Source: Bacteroidales bacterium (lineage in GTDB: Bacteria; Bacteroidota; Bacteroidia; Bacteroidales; ML635J-15). Taken from it: a DNA stretch of 61,913 nt. A program made the translations under genes and the position numbers. The stretch is from contig JBGUHW010000099.1 of the NCBI GenBank assembly GCA_045112395.1, positions 1 to 61,913 of the forward strand, in the 5' to 3' direction. Positions 25,741 to 35,082 of this stretch are shown one piece after another. Numbering within the stretch: the stretch's first letter is position 1; each line of letters opens with the position of its first letter. Below the pieces are notes generated by a model, which was not told the DNA's origin, did not search any database, and saw only the letters and a list, made by a program, of their open reading frames with translations.

Positions 25741-25784
25741 CCTTTTTTATTTTTAGCAATACAATAATATTTTGAATCTTCATG

Positions 25785-27356
25785 TCACTTTTCCAACACT
25801 TCCCTAGCCTTATCCATATAGGGATCGTCTTCGAGTAGAATTGCATTAGCAACATTCAAATCCAAGCAGTAGCTTGCTATCTGATACCTCAGCACCTTAT
25901 TAAGGTATTTGCCAGAACGAGCCAAATCGGTCTGCGAATACGATATGCTGTCGGACTGAAGCCTGCCGAGGAACTTTTCAAACATATTGTCACTAGCGAG
26001 AAAAGCATCCAAACTTTTTGTCGATGAAATGCCGGACATCTTGCTACGATTCCTGTCGAAATACTCCACACAGAAGTCACTTATCACATTTGTACGACCT
26101 ATGGCGACAAGCATATCCGAAACATACGAGGTGTCGTGCTCAATGGTAATATCGGGCATAAGTCCATCTCCTTCGTAAACCTTGCGCTTCTTGTTCAAGG
26201 TGTAGAACACCTTGGAACTGTCGACACTCTGCTTGTTCTTGCCGTAGTTCAAATAGTAGTTCTCAAGGTACGAAATATATCCATCGCTATAACTACGCTG
26301 AATGCATCGTCCCGATGGAAGATAGTAGCGAGATACTGTCAGCCTAACCGATGATCCATCGGACAAGTTGAACATTCTCTGAACAAGACCTTTGCCAAAT
26401 GTTACATTACCTATTACAGTACCTATGTCGTAGTCCTGAATTACACCTGCCGTTATTTCTGATGCCGATGCCGAACTTTCGTTTACCAACACGACCAAGG
26501 GATAACCAGCGCATACGCCATTGCGTCCTGTCGAATACACTTCTTCGCGCCGTGAATTTGCTCCTTCGGTATATACAAGCAACTTCTTTTCTGTAAAGAA
26601 ATTATCCAGAATACCCTGCGCAGAATACATAAATCCGCCACTATTGTCACGCAAATCGACAACCAACGATTTTACTTTCAAGAACATGAGCATTTTCAGC
26701 GCATCATCAAACTGTTCAACAGTATTGCTGTTGAACGAAGTAACCTTTATGTAACCGATATCGTTAAGCTTTGTATAATATACGCTTTCCACCTCCACAG
26801 GCGCACGACGAATATCGAAGTCCATAAATTTGCCATCACGCTGAATTTTAATCTTTACAATCTTACCTTCTTCGCCAAGTATACGTCCGCGTACACTATC
26901 GTTGCTTATGCCTATTCCCGACATCGGACGACCATCGACATCAATAATCCTATCGCCAACCATTAAGCCGACCTTTTCCGATGCTCCACCAGGAATTATG
27001 TTGGTGATAATGACTGTATCATGCATGACATAGAACCGTATACCTATTCCTACAAAATTTCCAGTCAGTTCCGTCTCTACCTCCGATGTTTCCTTAGCCG
27101 TCATATACGATGAATGAGGATCGAGATTATGAAGGAAATCGGAAATCATAATATCCTCAATGCTGTCGCTATTTATATCATCCACATAATACGTGTCAAT
27201 AAGGTTCATCACATCCTGGATTTTGCCTTCAGACTGCCCATACATTCCAGAATCCTGCCTGAAAAGCATAGATATAAACATTCCTACGACAACAGAAACC
27301 GCAACTATCAGCGGAATCAAAATAGCGAACTTGGTATTATTATATTTCATCGCCAT
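25785..27356 (-). CDS. S41 family carboxy-terminal processing peptidase (PDZ domain)
   Basis: N-terminal anchor, a PDZ region (GGASEKVGLMVGDRIIDVDG), and S41 catalytic blocks (LVNESSASASEI, GNVTFGKG). Confidence 0.87.
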   Translation of the reverse strand: MAMKYNNTKFAILIPLIVAVSVVVGMFISMLFRQDSGMYGQSEGKIQDVMNLIDTYYVDDINSDSIEDIMISDFLHNLDPHSSYMTAKETSEVETELTGNFVGIGIRFYVMHDTVIITNIIPGGASEKVGLMVGDRIIDVDGRPMSGIGISNDSVRGRILGEEGKIVKIKIQRDGKFMDFDIRRAPVEVESVYYTKLNDIGYIKVTSFNSNTVEQFDDALKMLMFLKVKSLVVDLRDNSGGFMYSAQGILDNFFTEKKLLVYTEGANSRREEVYSTGRNGVCAGYPLVVLVNESSASASEITAGVIQDYDIGTVIGNVTFGKGLVQRMFNLSDGSSVRLTVSRYYLPSGRCIQRSYSDGYISYLENYYLNYGKNKQSVDSSKVFYTLNKKRKVYEGDGLMPDITIEHDTSYVSDMLVAIGRTNVISDFCVEYFDRNRSKMSGISSTKSLDAFLASDNMFEKFLGRLQSDSISYSQTDLARSGKYLNKVLRYQIASYCLDLNVANAILLEDDPYMDKAREVLEK

Positions 27357-27780
27357 TAAAATTTACTACTTCAATGCCTGCTCTCTTCAAAAGTTCAATT
27401 CCTTCCGACATACGGTATTCCTCGGCATAAACCACACGGACAATTCCCGCCTGTATTATCAGCTTGGCGCACTCGATACATGGAGCTGTTGTTATATACA
27501 AGGTCGCGCCTTCGCTACTATTGCCAGACTTAGCCACCTTTGTTATCGCATTTGCCTCGGCATGAAGCACATACGGCTTTGTTGTATTGTTTTCATCCTC
27601 GCACTGGTTCTCGAAACCCGATGGTGTTCCGTTGAATCCATCCGATATTATCATCCTGTTCTTAACAAGCAAAGCACCAACCTGACGACGCTTGCAATAC
27701 GAATTCTTAGCCCATATTGCAGCCATATCCAAATAGTTCTTATCGAACATTCTCTTTCTATCTTCATTCTGACTTTCCAT
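27340..27780 (-). CDS. dCMP deaminase
   Basis: HAEANAI and PCIECAKLI zinc-binding motifs; 146 aa. Confidence 0.88.
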   Translation of the reverse strand: MESQNEDRKRMFDKNYLDMAAIWAKNSYCKRRQVGALLVKNRMIISDGFNGTPSGFENQCEDENNTTKPYVLHAEANAITKVAKSGNSSEGATLYITTAPCIECAKLIIQAGIVRVVYAEEYRMSEGIELLKRAGIEVVNFNGDEI

Positions 27781-27791
27781 ATCCCTACAAA

Positions 27792-29387
27792 TTAAAATGG
27801 TGGTTCGTCAATTCCTCCCGACTTCGAGAAACCATCAAGAGGAATATTTTCAAAACTATTGTCTCCTATTAAACTCGTACTACCATTTGATGCATTTGCA
27901 CCAAAATCCTGACTATTCATCTTGGAACCATGTACCTGATATTCCGTATCGGACGATGGCAACATTTCGCTAATTCCATCTTCCAAATCCTTGAACTTCG
28001 CAAGTTCCTTAATGAACCTAAGGTTTACATCATCAACGGCACCGTTACGATGCTTTGCTACAATTACCGTAGCCAACCCCATAGTGGAACGTCCATTGCT
28101 ATCTTCTTTGAGTCCGTAATATTCTGGACGATGAATAAAGCCTACAATATCAGCATCCTGCTCAATTGCACCCGATTCACGCAAGTCGGATAGCTGCGGA
28201 CGCTTGTCGTTACCTCTTGTCTCAACACCACGGTTAAGCTGCGAAAGTGCTATAATCGGCACATCAAGTTCCTTGGCAATAGCCTTGAGCGAACGCGATA
28301 TGGTACTTACCTCCTGCTCACGGCTTCCCTTGTTGTCCACGCCTGATGTCATAAGCTGCAGGTAGTCGATTATTATGATGTCGAGACCCTCCTTGCTTTC
28401 TTTCTGGCGGCGGCACTTGGAACGCAATTCAAAAACCGACATTGCCGGAGTATCGTCAATAAATAGCGGAGCAGAACCCAATCTTTCTAGCTTTGAATCG
28501 AAGCAACGCCAGTCCTCCTCGCTAAGTTCACCATTTCTGATTGCTTCGCCCGACACCTCTATTTCTGCCGCTATAAGTCTGTTTACAAGCGACATAGATG
28601 ACATTTCAAGCGAAAAGAAAACAACTGTCTTGTGATGATCTACGGCCATATTACGAGCCATCGACAACACAAATGCGGTCTTACCCATTGAAGGACGAGC
28701 GGCTATAATTATAAGGTCTGACGGCTGCCAACCTGAGGTAAGCCTGTCGAGGTCGGTAAATCCAGATGGCACACCACGCAATTGGCCTTTGTTTTTTGCG
28801 GCCTTGTCGATAGCATTCTTGGCAGGTTCCATCAACGAACCAATTCTTGTCAAATCCTTCTTTATCGAGCCTTCCGAGATTTTGAATATTTCACCTTCGG
28901 CAAATTGTATAAGCTCGTCGACATCCTTCGTCTCGTCATACGACATCTTCTGTATTTCGGTAGATGCCTTTATGAGTTCGCGCTGTATGTATTTCTGCTG
29001 CACTATCCTGGCATGGTATTCCAAATGAGCAGCTGTACCTATAAGTTCGGTAAGCTCCAAAATGTACGGAAGACCGCCAACCTCTTCGAGCTGACCTTTG
29101 ATGCGAAGTTCTTCCGACAAGGTTATAGAATCAATCGGCTTCTGCGCTTGCATAAGGGATATCATTGTGGCAAATATGGTCTGGTGCGCCGGAATATAGA
29201 AACTGTCGGGCTTGATGATATTCATAATATCATATATTGCACTCGACTGTATAAGAATTGCACCCAACACTGCTTTCTCCAATTCAGGCGATTGCGGAGG
29301 AATCTTGCCCAAAAGGGTATTCAATTCATCCAAAACATCAGCGCCACGCTTCTTCCCTTTCTTCGATGTATCTTTTTCCTGTGCCAT
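27792..29387 (-). CDS. dnaB: replicative DNA helicase
   Basis: PPQSPELEKAVLGAIL N-domain, Walker A (ARPSMGKTAF), IIIDYLQLM and ALSQLNR. Confidence 0.95.
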   Translation of the reverse strand: MAQEKDTSKKGKKRGADVLDELNTLLGKIPPQSPELEKAVLGAILIQSSAIYDIMNIIKPDSFYIPAHQTIFATMISLMQAQKPIDSITLSEELRIKGQLEEVGGLPYILELTELIGTAAHLEYHARIVQQKYIQRELIKASTEIQKMSYDETKDVDELIQFAEGEIFKISEGSIKKDLTRIGSLMEPAKNAIDKAAKNKGQLRGVPSGFTDLDRLTSGWQPSDLIIIAARPSMGKTAFVLSMARNMAVDHHKTVVFFSLEMSSMSLVNRLIAAEIEVSGEAIRNGELSEEDWRCFDSKLERLGSAPLFIDDTPAMSVFELRSKCRRQKESKEGLDIIIIDYLQLMTSGVDNKGSREQEVSTISRSLKAIAKELDVPIIALSQLNRGVETRGNDKRPQLSDLRESGAIEQDADIVGFIHRPEYYGLKEDSNGRSTMGLATVIVAKHRNGAVDDVNLRFIKELAKFKDLEDGISEMLPSSDTEYQVHGSKMNSQDFGANASNGSTSLIGDNSFENIPLDGFSKSGGIDEPPF

Positions 29388-29583
29388 AAATCTTTTTTTT
29401 AGGACTGCAAAATTACTATTTTCCGACCAAGTACTTTCTTGCTTTTATCAACGGAGACGCGCCCAACCCCATACATTATTAACAAAAATAAGACTTTAAT
29501 CTTGATTAAAAACAAATTGCAATGTTAATATCAACATACGACCACTCAAGCCCCCAAACATCAACACACTATTACACAATAAC

Positions 29584-30372
29584 TTACAAAATCTTAACAA
29601 ACTTCACCCTTATAGATTCCACATCTTTTTTCAAAGATGGAGAAGCCGCACCATTTTCTTCAAGTTTTCCGAAATCGCCTTTCATATTCTCGATTACATC
29701 CTCATCGGAAAGTTGAGCAAGAAGTTCATTAATCTGGTGCAATACAGCAAAATGGTTTTCCATAGAATTAACATTCGCATCATTTTCTGCCACTTCGCTA
29801 TCAAGGCCAAGGTATGTAACCTCCAACCAGAATCCGCAGATGAACATTGCCGAAACTCCATACTTCTCGTTTTCGGACGGCACAATGACATCTGCATCAA
29901 GCAAACTGTCGATGGTTGCAAAAATCACTTGCTCGTCGTTAAGATTTTCCTCTATCCGAGGCACATATTCCGAAAACACATCGCTTTCAACCGCCAGTTT
30001 TTCCGCTGCCATCTTTGTAGCATCAAGTATGTCGGTGCAAATTTGCACCCTCTCGAAGTACCTGGCATAGCCGAGGTCAGCAACCAGCATTCCCATAGCT
30101 ACGGCAGTTTCTTTAGAGTTTTGATACAAGTCAATGGTTCTGACATCAAAAAGGATGTCGGCATTGAACTTTACATTGTTAAGACGGATGTTCTTGCAAA
30201 TTTCGGAATACTTCGGCAACTGGTTCAGTATGCTGTCGATATGGCTTTTGTCGGCGGTGGATTCAACGTTGCTGAAATCATCGCTTACTTGCTTGTAGTG
30301 CAAGCTATTGCTACACGACAAAAGCAATGTAGCAAGCATTATCACAAGGCAATATGCCCTAATTCTATCCAT
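29584..30372 (-). CDS. hypothetical lipoprotein
   Basis: MDRIRAYCLVIMLATLLLSCSNS is a signal peptide with a lipobox. The ATG at 30372 overlaps the rfbD stop by 8 nt; an alternative ATG lies at 30393. Confidence 0.58.
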   Translation of the reverse strand: MDRIRAYCLVIMLATLLLSCSNSLHYKQVSDDFSNVESTADKSHIDSILNQLPKYSEICKNIRLNNVKFNADILFDVRTIDLYQNSKETAVAMGMLVADLGYARYFERVQICTDILDATKMAAEKLAVESDVFSEYVPRIEENLNDEQVIFATIDSLLDADVIVPSENEKYGVSAMFICGFWLEVTYLGLDSEVAENDANVNSMENHFAVLHQINELLAQLSDEDVIENMKGDFGKLEENGAASPSLKKDVESIRVKFVKIL

Positions 30373-31243
30373 TAAGCTTGCTATACCTATCAATCATCTC
30401 TCTCAGCGAATCGGTCCAGTACGGTATGTTGATGCCAAAAGTTTCCGAAATCTTTCTTGTGTTCAGCACGCTGTATGTCGGACGAGTTGCCTTGGTGGGA
30501 TATTCGCTTGTAAGCAAAGGTTTTACCTCGGCATCAATCTTCGTCAATCTAAATATGTGCATGGTGAAATCGTACCACGAACATACGCCGCGGTTGGTGA
30601 AATGATATATTCCGCCGTGCCATTCGTTTTTGTTTAGATAAATATCCGAAATCTTCAACAATGCCTTTGCAAGGTCGCCGGCATAGGTCGGAGTGCCAAC
30701 CTGGTCGAACACAACACCTTTTATCTTGCCTTCGCTACCGAGGCGAATCATTGTCTTCACATAGTTGTTGCCGTATTCGCTGTAAAGCCATGCAGTACGA
30801 ACAATCACCGCATCGCAGTTCTCTGCAATTATGTTCTTCTCGCCATCAAGCTTTGTCCTGCCGTATGCCGACTGCGGATTTGTCGGTGCATCCTCGCAGT
30901 ATGGAGTGTTTGCCTTCCCGTCGAAAACATAATCGGTAGAAACATGTATAAGCTTGAATCCGAACTTGTTGGAGCATTGTGCAAGATTGCGCGGAGCAAT
31001 GGCATTTGCCAAGGTTGCATTTTCGAGGTCATCCTCTGCTTTTTCAACTGCAGTGTAAGCTGCGCAGTTTATTACGACGTCAAAATGCTGACCGCTGAAA
31101 AAGCTAGTTGTTGCCTCAAGATTTGATATATCAAGTTTGTCAATGTCAACATATTCGAATTCAGCATTTGCAACCATTTCGTGGTTATCGCGAATCTTGC
31201 TGCCTAGTTGTCCGTTGCAACCGATGACGAGTATTCTTTTCAT
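30365..31243 (-). CDS. rfbD: dTDP-4-dehydrorhamnose reductase
   Basis: MKRILVIGCNGQLG Rossmann N-terminus, STDYVFDG and the YGRTK catalytic motif. Confidence 0.9.
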   Translation of the reverse strand: MKRILVIGCNGQLGSKIRDNHEMVANAEFEYVDIDKLDISNLEATTSFFSGQHFDVVINCAAYTAVEKAEDDLENATLANAIAPRNLAQCSNKFGFKLIHVSTDYVFDGKANTPYCEDAPTNPQSAYGRTKLDGEKNIIAENCDAVIVRTAWLYSEYGNNYVKTMIRLGSEGKIKGVVFDQVGTPTYAGDLAKALLKISDIYLNKNEWHGGIYHFTNRGVCSWYDFTMHIFRLTKIDAEVKPLLTSEYPTKATRPTYSVLNTRKISETFGINIPYWTDSLREMIDRYSKLNG

Positions 31244-31245
31244 TT

Positions 31246-31794
31246 TTAGAAGTTTAATTTTGCATCTTTTAATGTTGGATGATTCATGTCTCTTTCAGAG
31301 AAAATCATCTTATCCTGCGGAATCTTCCAATCGATGGCAAGTTCCGGGTCGTTGAAGATTATACCGCCTTCGCTTTCCTTGTTGTATGCATTGTCGCAAA
31401 GATATGCGAACACAGCATAGTCGGACAGCACCGAAAATCCATGTGCAAATCCACGAGGAATGAGGAACTGACGCTTGTTTTCATCTGAAAGTTCCACCGA
31501 AAGATGCTTGCCGTATGTCGGCGAACCCTTGCGGACATCAACTGCCACATCGAGAACCTTACCAACAACGCAACGCACGAGCTTTGCCTGCGAATATGGG
31601 TTCAGCTGGAAATGCAATCCGCGCACAACGCCGTATGTAGAGCTTGATTCGTTCTGCTGAACAGGGACAAAGTTTATTCCTGCCGCCTCGAAAACGGATT
31701 TATTCCATGTCTCAAAGAAATAACCTCTCTGGTCGCCGAAAACTTTCGGTTCAATAATCTTCAAATCCTTTATAAAGGTATCTGTTACAGTCAT
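31246..31794 (-). CDS. rfbC: dTDP-4-dehydrorhamnose 3,5-epimerase
   Basis: FGDQRGYFFE, RGLHFQ and PRGFAHGF are cupin blocks typical of RmlC. Confidence 0.93.
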   Translation of the reverse strand: MTVTDTFIKDLKIIEPKVFGDQRGYFFETWNKSVFEAAGINFVPVQQNESSSTYGVVRGLHFQLNPYSQAKLVRCVVGKVLDVAVDVRKGSPTYGKHLSVELSDENKRQFLIPRGFAHGFSVLSDYAVFAYLCDNAYNKESEGGIIFNDPELAIDWKIPQDKMIFSERDMNHPTLKDAKLNF

Positions 31795-31799
31795 TTCTG

Positions 31800-32672
31800 C
31801 TATTTTTCGTTTACAATTCTCAACAAATATTTTCCGTAGTTGCTCTTCGAAAGTTTTTCGGCTAGAACAGCAAGCTGTTCTTTGTTTATGAAGCCTTTAC
31901 GATAAGCAATCTCCTCAATGCATGATGCCTTCAAGCCCTGACGGTGCTCGATTGTCTCAATGAAGTTTGATGCCTGCAACAGGCTGTCGGGTGTACCGGT
32001 ATCGAGCCATGCAAAACCACGACCTAGAAGTTTGATTTGCAACCTGTCTTCTTTTAGGTACAAGTTGTTGAGGTCGGTAATTTCAAGTTCACCACGCTTC
32101 GATGGTTTCAAACTCTTTGCCTTAGCAACTACATCATTCGAGTAGAAGTAAAGTCCTGTTACAGCGTAGTTTGACTTTGGATGTTCCGGCTTTTCCTCGA
32201 TGGAAATAACTTTGCCATCCTTATCGAATTCAGCGACACCGTATCTTTCAGGATCGTTAACATAGTAACCGAAAATTATTGCGCCATCCTCTATTTTTGC
32301 AGCATCAGTCAATTGCTGACCGAAACTCTGACCATAGAAAATATTGTCGCCTAGCACGAGGCAAACCTTATCGTTGCCAATGAATTCCTCACCGAGTATG
32401 AATGCCTGCGCAAGTCCATCGGGAGATGGTTGAATCTTGTATTGTATGTTCATTCCGAGTTGCGAACCATCACCGAAAAGCTTTTCGTACAGACCAATAT
32501 CCTGCGGAGTTGAAATTATCAAAACTTCGCGAATTCCCGCCAACATCAGCGTAGAAAGCGGATAGTAAATCATCGGCTTGTCGTAAACTGGAATTATTTG
32601 CTTCGAAATGCTTATTGTCATCGGGTGCAGACGAGTTCCGGCACCACCTGCTAAAATTATACCTTTCATCAT
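31800..32672 (-). CDS. rfbA: glucose-1-phosphate thymidylyltransferase
   Basis: [20 protein letters not shown]-terminus. The track start at 32720 adds 16 unlikely residues. Confidence 0.93.
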   Translation of the reverse strand: MMKGIILAGGAGTRLHPMTISISKQIIPVYDKPMIYYPLSTLMLAGIREVLIISTPQDIGLYEKLFGDGSQLGMNIQYKIQPSPDGLAQAFILGEEFIGNDKVCLVLGDNIFYGQSFGQQLTDAAKIEDGAIIFGYYVNDPERYGVAEFDKDGKVISIEEKPEHPKSNYAVTGLYFYSNDVVAKAKSLKPSKRGELEITDLNNLYLKEDRLQIKLLGRGFAWLDTGTPDSLLQASNFIETIEHRQGLKASCIEEIAYRKGFINKEQLAVLAEKLSKSNYGKYLLRIVNEK

Positions 32673-32848
32673 GTTTCGTTTTAGTGTCTGCAAATATATA
32701 CATTTAATATAAGGTGGCAATACAAAAAATCAGCAGAAATGCATAACATAATACTAAAATATGTCAAGCAGATTATTAAATTCTGCCCAGAACACAATAA
32801 TTTGAAACAAAAATAGTTTATTATACGATAATTATAAATACATTTATT

Positions 32849-33469
32849 ATGAGGACATTATTTTTAACCGTTTTGGTTTTTGCGACAATGACGATTTTTG
32901 CACAGAATGTCAAGGTAAAGGACATAGAAAAGTCGCTGGTGAAAATTTCCGACAATGCTTATGTGTCGAAGTATGATGTGAGCAACGAAATGTACAGTCA
33001 ATTTCTTTCCGATTTGAAAAATAGCGGCAAAACTGATTTATACGCTGCATGTTATCCAGACACGACAAAGTGGCGCACAAAATTTGCCTATTACGAACCA
33101 TTTGTAACTTTATATCATGCTCATCCTGCCTACCTCAACTATCCAGCAGTAAATATCGACAAGAAATCGGCAGAAGAATTTTGCAAATGGTTGACCACCA
33201 AATACAACGATGGGAAAAAGCACAAGTTCGAGAACATAGAGTTCCGTCTGCCAACCGAAGCAGAATGGATGACTTTTGCATCAAAATGCAAAGAAGTGGC
33301 AAAACGCACCGGCGAAGAACTTGGTCCATACGACAATACCGCCATGACTATTGGTAATGTCTCAGAAATGACATCGGACGGCTCGGCAATGGGCGACAAC
33401 TGGGCAAACAAGGAGTCCACAACGCCATCGCCTTGGGTTGGGTTCAGGATTGTCGCTACTGTAAAGTAG
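32849..33469 (+). CDS. secreted formylglycine-generating-enzyme (SUMF1) family domain protein
   Basis: Signal peptide; YPAVNIDKKSAEEFCKWL, RLPTEAEWM, GNVSEMT and WVGFRIV match FGE-sulfatase domain blocks. Confidence 0.72.
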   Translation: MRTLFLTVLVFATMTIFAQNVKVKDIEKSLVKISDNAYVSKYDVSNEMYSQFLSDLKNSGKTDLYAACYPDTTKWRTKFAYYEPFVTLYHAHPAYLNYPAVNIDKKSAEEFCKWLTTKYNDGKKHKFENIEFRLPTEAEWMTFASKCKEVAKRTGEELGPYDNTAMTIGNVSEMTSDGSAMGDNWANKESTTPSPWVGFRIVATVK

Positions 33470-33571
33470 GGTACTTTTTGTTTGCATATGTAAAGAACTG
33501 CATCGCAAATAACCGCTATTAACTTGTAGAAAACTCCATATTTTTTGTAAAGAACCTTTGTGATTTTTGCT

Positions 33572-33579
33572 TACATTTG
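33572..33579 (+). promoter_or_regulatory. -7 box TACATTTG upstream of LytTR paralog 1
   Basis: Matches TAnnTTTG, 17 nt upstream of the ATG at 33597. The context tttgtaaacaaaaa resembles that of paralog 2 (tttgcaaacaaaaa). Confidence 0.45.
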
Positions 33580-33596
33580 TAAACAAAAATTGAACT

Positions 33597-34175
33597 ATGG
33601 AAATCTTTCTGACAGTACTTTTTAGCGTTATCGGGACAATTGTAATTGTATGCCTGTTAAGCGTTACCATTCCAGACCTGAAACTTATGTTCAGCCGCAA
33701 AGCACGGGCAGAGGAAAAAACAATGAAAATCCGGGTTGCCGAACTCGAAGCAAAGGTCGAAACGCTTGAGCAACAGCTTGTCGCATTGCAGCAGAAAGAA
33801 ACGCATATAGTATTGAGTGAAAAGGACACATCAGGCAAACAACTCTTGAATGTAAGCAACTTAAAAGTAAATGCCACATCCATAACACATATTTCATCGC
33901 AGACGTTCGAGCAGTCGGGTGCAGGCGATTCGCGCGTGAAGATTATACATTATGCCGACCAGCAGAAGACCGACTCGGTCTATAGCAGTTTCGATGCTAT
34001 ACTCGAACAGCTTGCTGGCAATTTCCTGCAAATCAACAAGAACCAAATCATAAACCTTGATTATATACATAAGGTACAGGGCGAAGAAATTTATTTGAAG
34101 AATGTTTCAAAACCGTTTTATGTGTCGGAAGGACGGAAAGCAGAGTTTGATATGAGGATAGGAAAGCAAAGATAA
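33597..34175 (+). CDS. membrane-anchored coiled-coil LytTR-domain protein, paralog 1
   Basis: One N-terminal TM helix, a heptad-like segment (KIRVAELEAKVETLEQQLVALQQKE), and a C-terminal LytTR-like block (SFDAILEQLAGNFLQINKNQIINLDYIHKVQGEEIYL). Confidence 0.75.
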   Translation: MEIFLTVLFSVIGTIVIVCLLSVTIPDLKLMFSRKARAEEKTMKIRVAELEAKVETLEQQLVALQQKETHIVLSEKDTSGKQLLNVSNLKVNATSITHISSQTFEQSGAGDSRVKIIHYADQQKTDSVYSSFDAILEQLAGNFLQINKNQIINLDYIHKVQGEEIYLKNVSKPFYVSEGRKAEFDMRIGKQR

Positions 34176-34213
34176 ACCAATGATAATCTGTATCATATAC
34201 TGAAACAAATGTA

Positions 34214-34320
34214 CGACCTCTCCGAGGTCGCTGTTATTGTCATACAAATTTTCTATACATATCCGACCTCGCTGAGGTCGTTATGTATATGTCGTTTGAA
34301 ATCAGACCTCGGAGAGGTCA
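34214..34320. repeat. array of three GACCTC-N3-GAGGTC palindromes
   Basis: cgacctc-tcc-gaggtcg (34214-34230), cgacctc-gct-gaggtcg (34264-34280) and gacctc-gga-gaggtc (34305-34319). The outer two are inverted copies that include the flanks acaaatgt/acatttgt. Confidence 0.8.
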
Positions 34321-34350
34321 AACATTTGTCCCCTTTAACTACATATTTTC

Positions 34351-34382
34351 CCGTGATGTTTACACAAATTGCCGTGATGTTT
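34351..34382 (+). promoter_or_regulatory. perfect 11-bp direct repeat CCGTGATGTTT x2 with 21-bp period (LytTR-box-like)
   Basis: The copies lie at 34351-34361 and 34372-34382, separated by a 10-bp spacer. They sit 32 nt upstream of an imperfect -7 box (GACCTTTG, 34415-34422). Confidence 0.45.
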
Positions 34383-34448
34383 TCGTCAATGATTTTCTAT
34401 AATCCTAATTTGCTGACCTTTGCGCCCGTAAAATTTTATTTTAACTAA

Positions 34449-34478
34449 AAAACCGCTGGGCCGATGGGATATAACTGG
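34449..34478 (+). promoter_or_regulatory. conserved 30-nt leader motif, copy 1
   Basis: aaaaccgctgggccgatgggatataactgg, ending exactly 11 nt before the ATG at 34490. It is 26/30 identical to copy 2. It contains the uORF ATG at 34464 (MGYNWHERK), whose TGA (34491-34493) overlaps the main ATG. Confidence 0.6.
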
Positions 34479-34489
34479 CATGAAAGGAA

Positions 34490-35008
34490 ATGAAAAGGAA
34501 GGCATTGCTTTGGTTGTTTATTGCATTGGCAGTTTTTGTTTTACCTTCTTGCATTAGTGTCAAGGAAGTTGGAAAGGTAAGTATGATTTCTACAAGAAAT
34601 GTTTCAATGAAGACGGATTATGTATTAGTGTCATCGTATTCAGGAGGTTCAAAATCTGATTTGAAAAAGTCGAAGGCAACCAATATTGAAGAAGCTGTAG
34701 ATCAAACAGTACGAAAAGTTCCCGGGGGTGAATTTCTGATGAATGCGAAAATCAATTTGGTTTACCACAGGGTATCTGGCAAGGCTTTTTTTGCAATAGA
34801 GGGTGATGTTTATGGAAACAAGTCTGCTAATGGAGGAGCAGAAAGGTCTTATCGTGGATTTCAAACTGGTGACAAAGTAAGTTGGGGTAATAAATTAACA
34901 GGTTTTAAGTCGGGCACAATAAAGTCGCTCAAGGATGACAAGACTTGTCTGGTGGAAACAGAAGATGGCAGGACCGTGGAAAAGAAATACGATGAGTTAA
35001 GCAAGTAA
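34490..35008 (+). CDS. hypothetical lipoprotein
   Basis: MKRKALLWLFIALAVFVLPSCIS is a signal peptide with a lipobox; 172 aa. Confidence 0.65.
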   Translation: MKRKALLWLFIALAVFVLPSCISVKEVGKVSMISTRNVSMKTDYVLVSSYSGGSKSDLKKSKATNIEEAVDQTVRKVPGGEFLMNAKINLVYHRVSGKAFFAIEGDVYGNKSANGGAERSYRGFQTGDKVSWGNKLTGFKSGTIKSLKDDKTCLVETEDGRTVEKKYDELSK

Positions 35009-35041
35009 TTAGCACTGTATATTTCAATAATTTAACTGATT

Positions 35042-35071
35042 AAAACCGATGTACCAATGGGATATAACTGG
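35042..35071 (+). promoter_or_regulatory. conserved 30-nt leader motif, copy 2
   Basis: aaaaccgatgtaccaatgggatataactgg, ending 11 nt before the ATG at 35083. The uORF starts at ATG 35057 (MGYNWEKQE), and its TGA (35084-35086) overlaps the main ATG. Confidence 0.6.
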
Positions 35072-35082
35072 GAAAAACAGGA

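Noticed and set aside
33362-33883. 173-aa minus-strand ORF.
   Set aside because: It is antisense to the 3' end of the FGE-domain gene and the 5' end of LytTR paralog 1, and it crosses their intergenic promoter.
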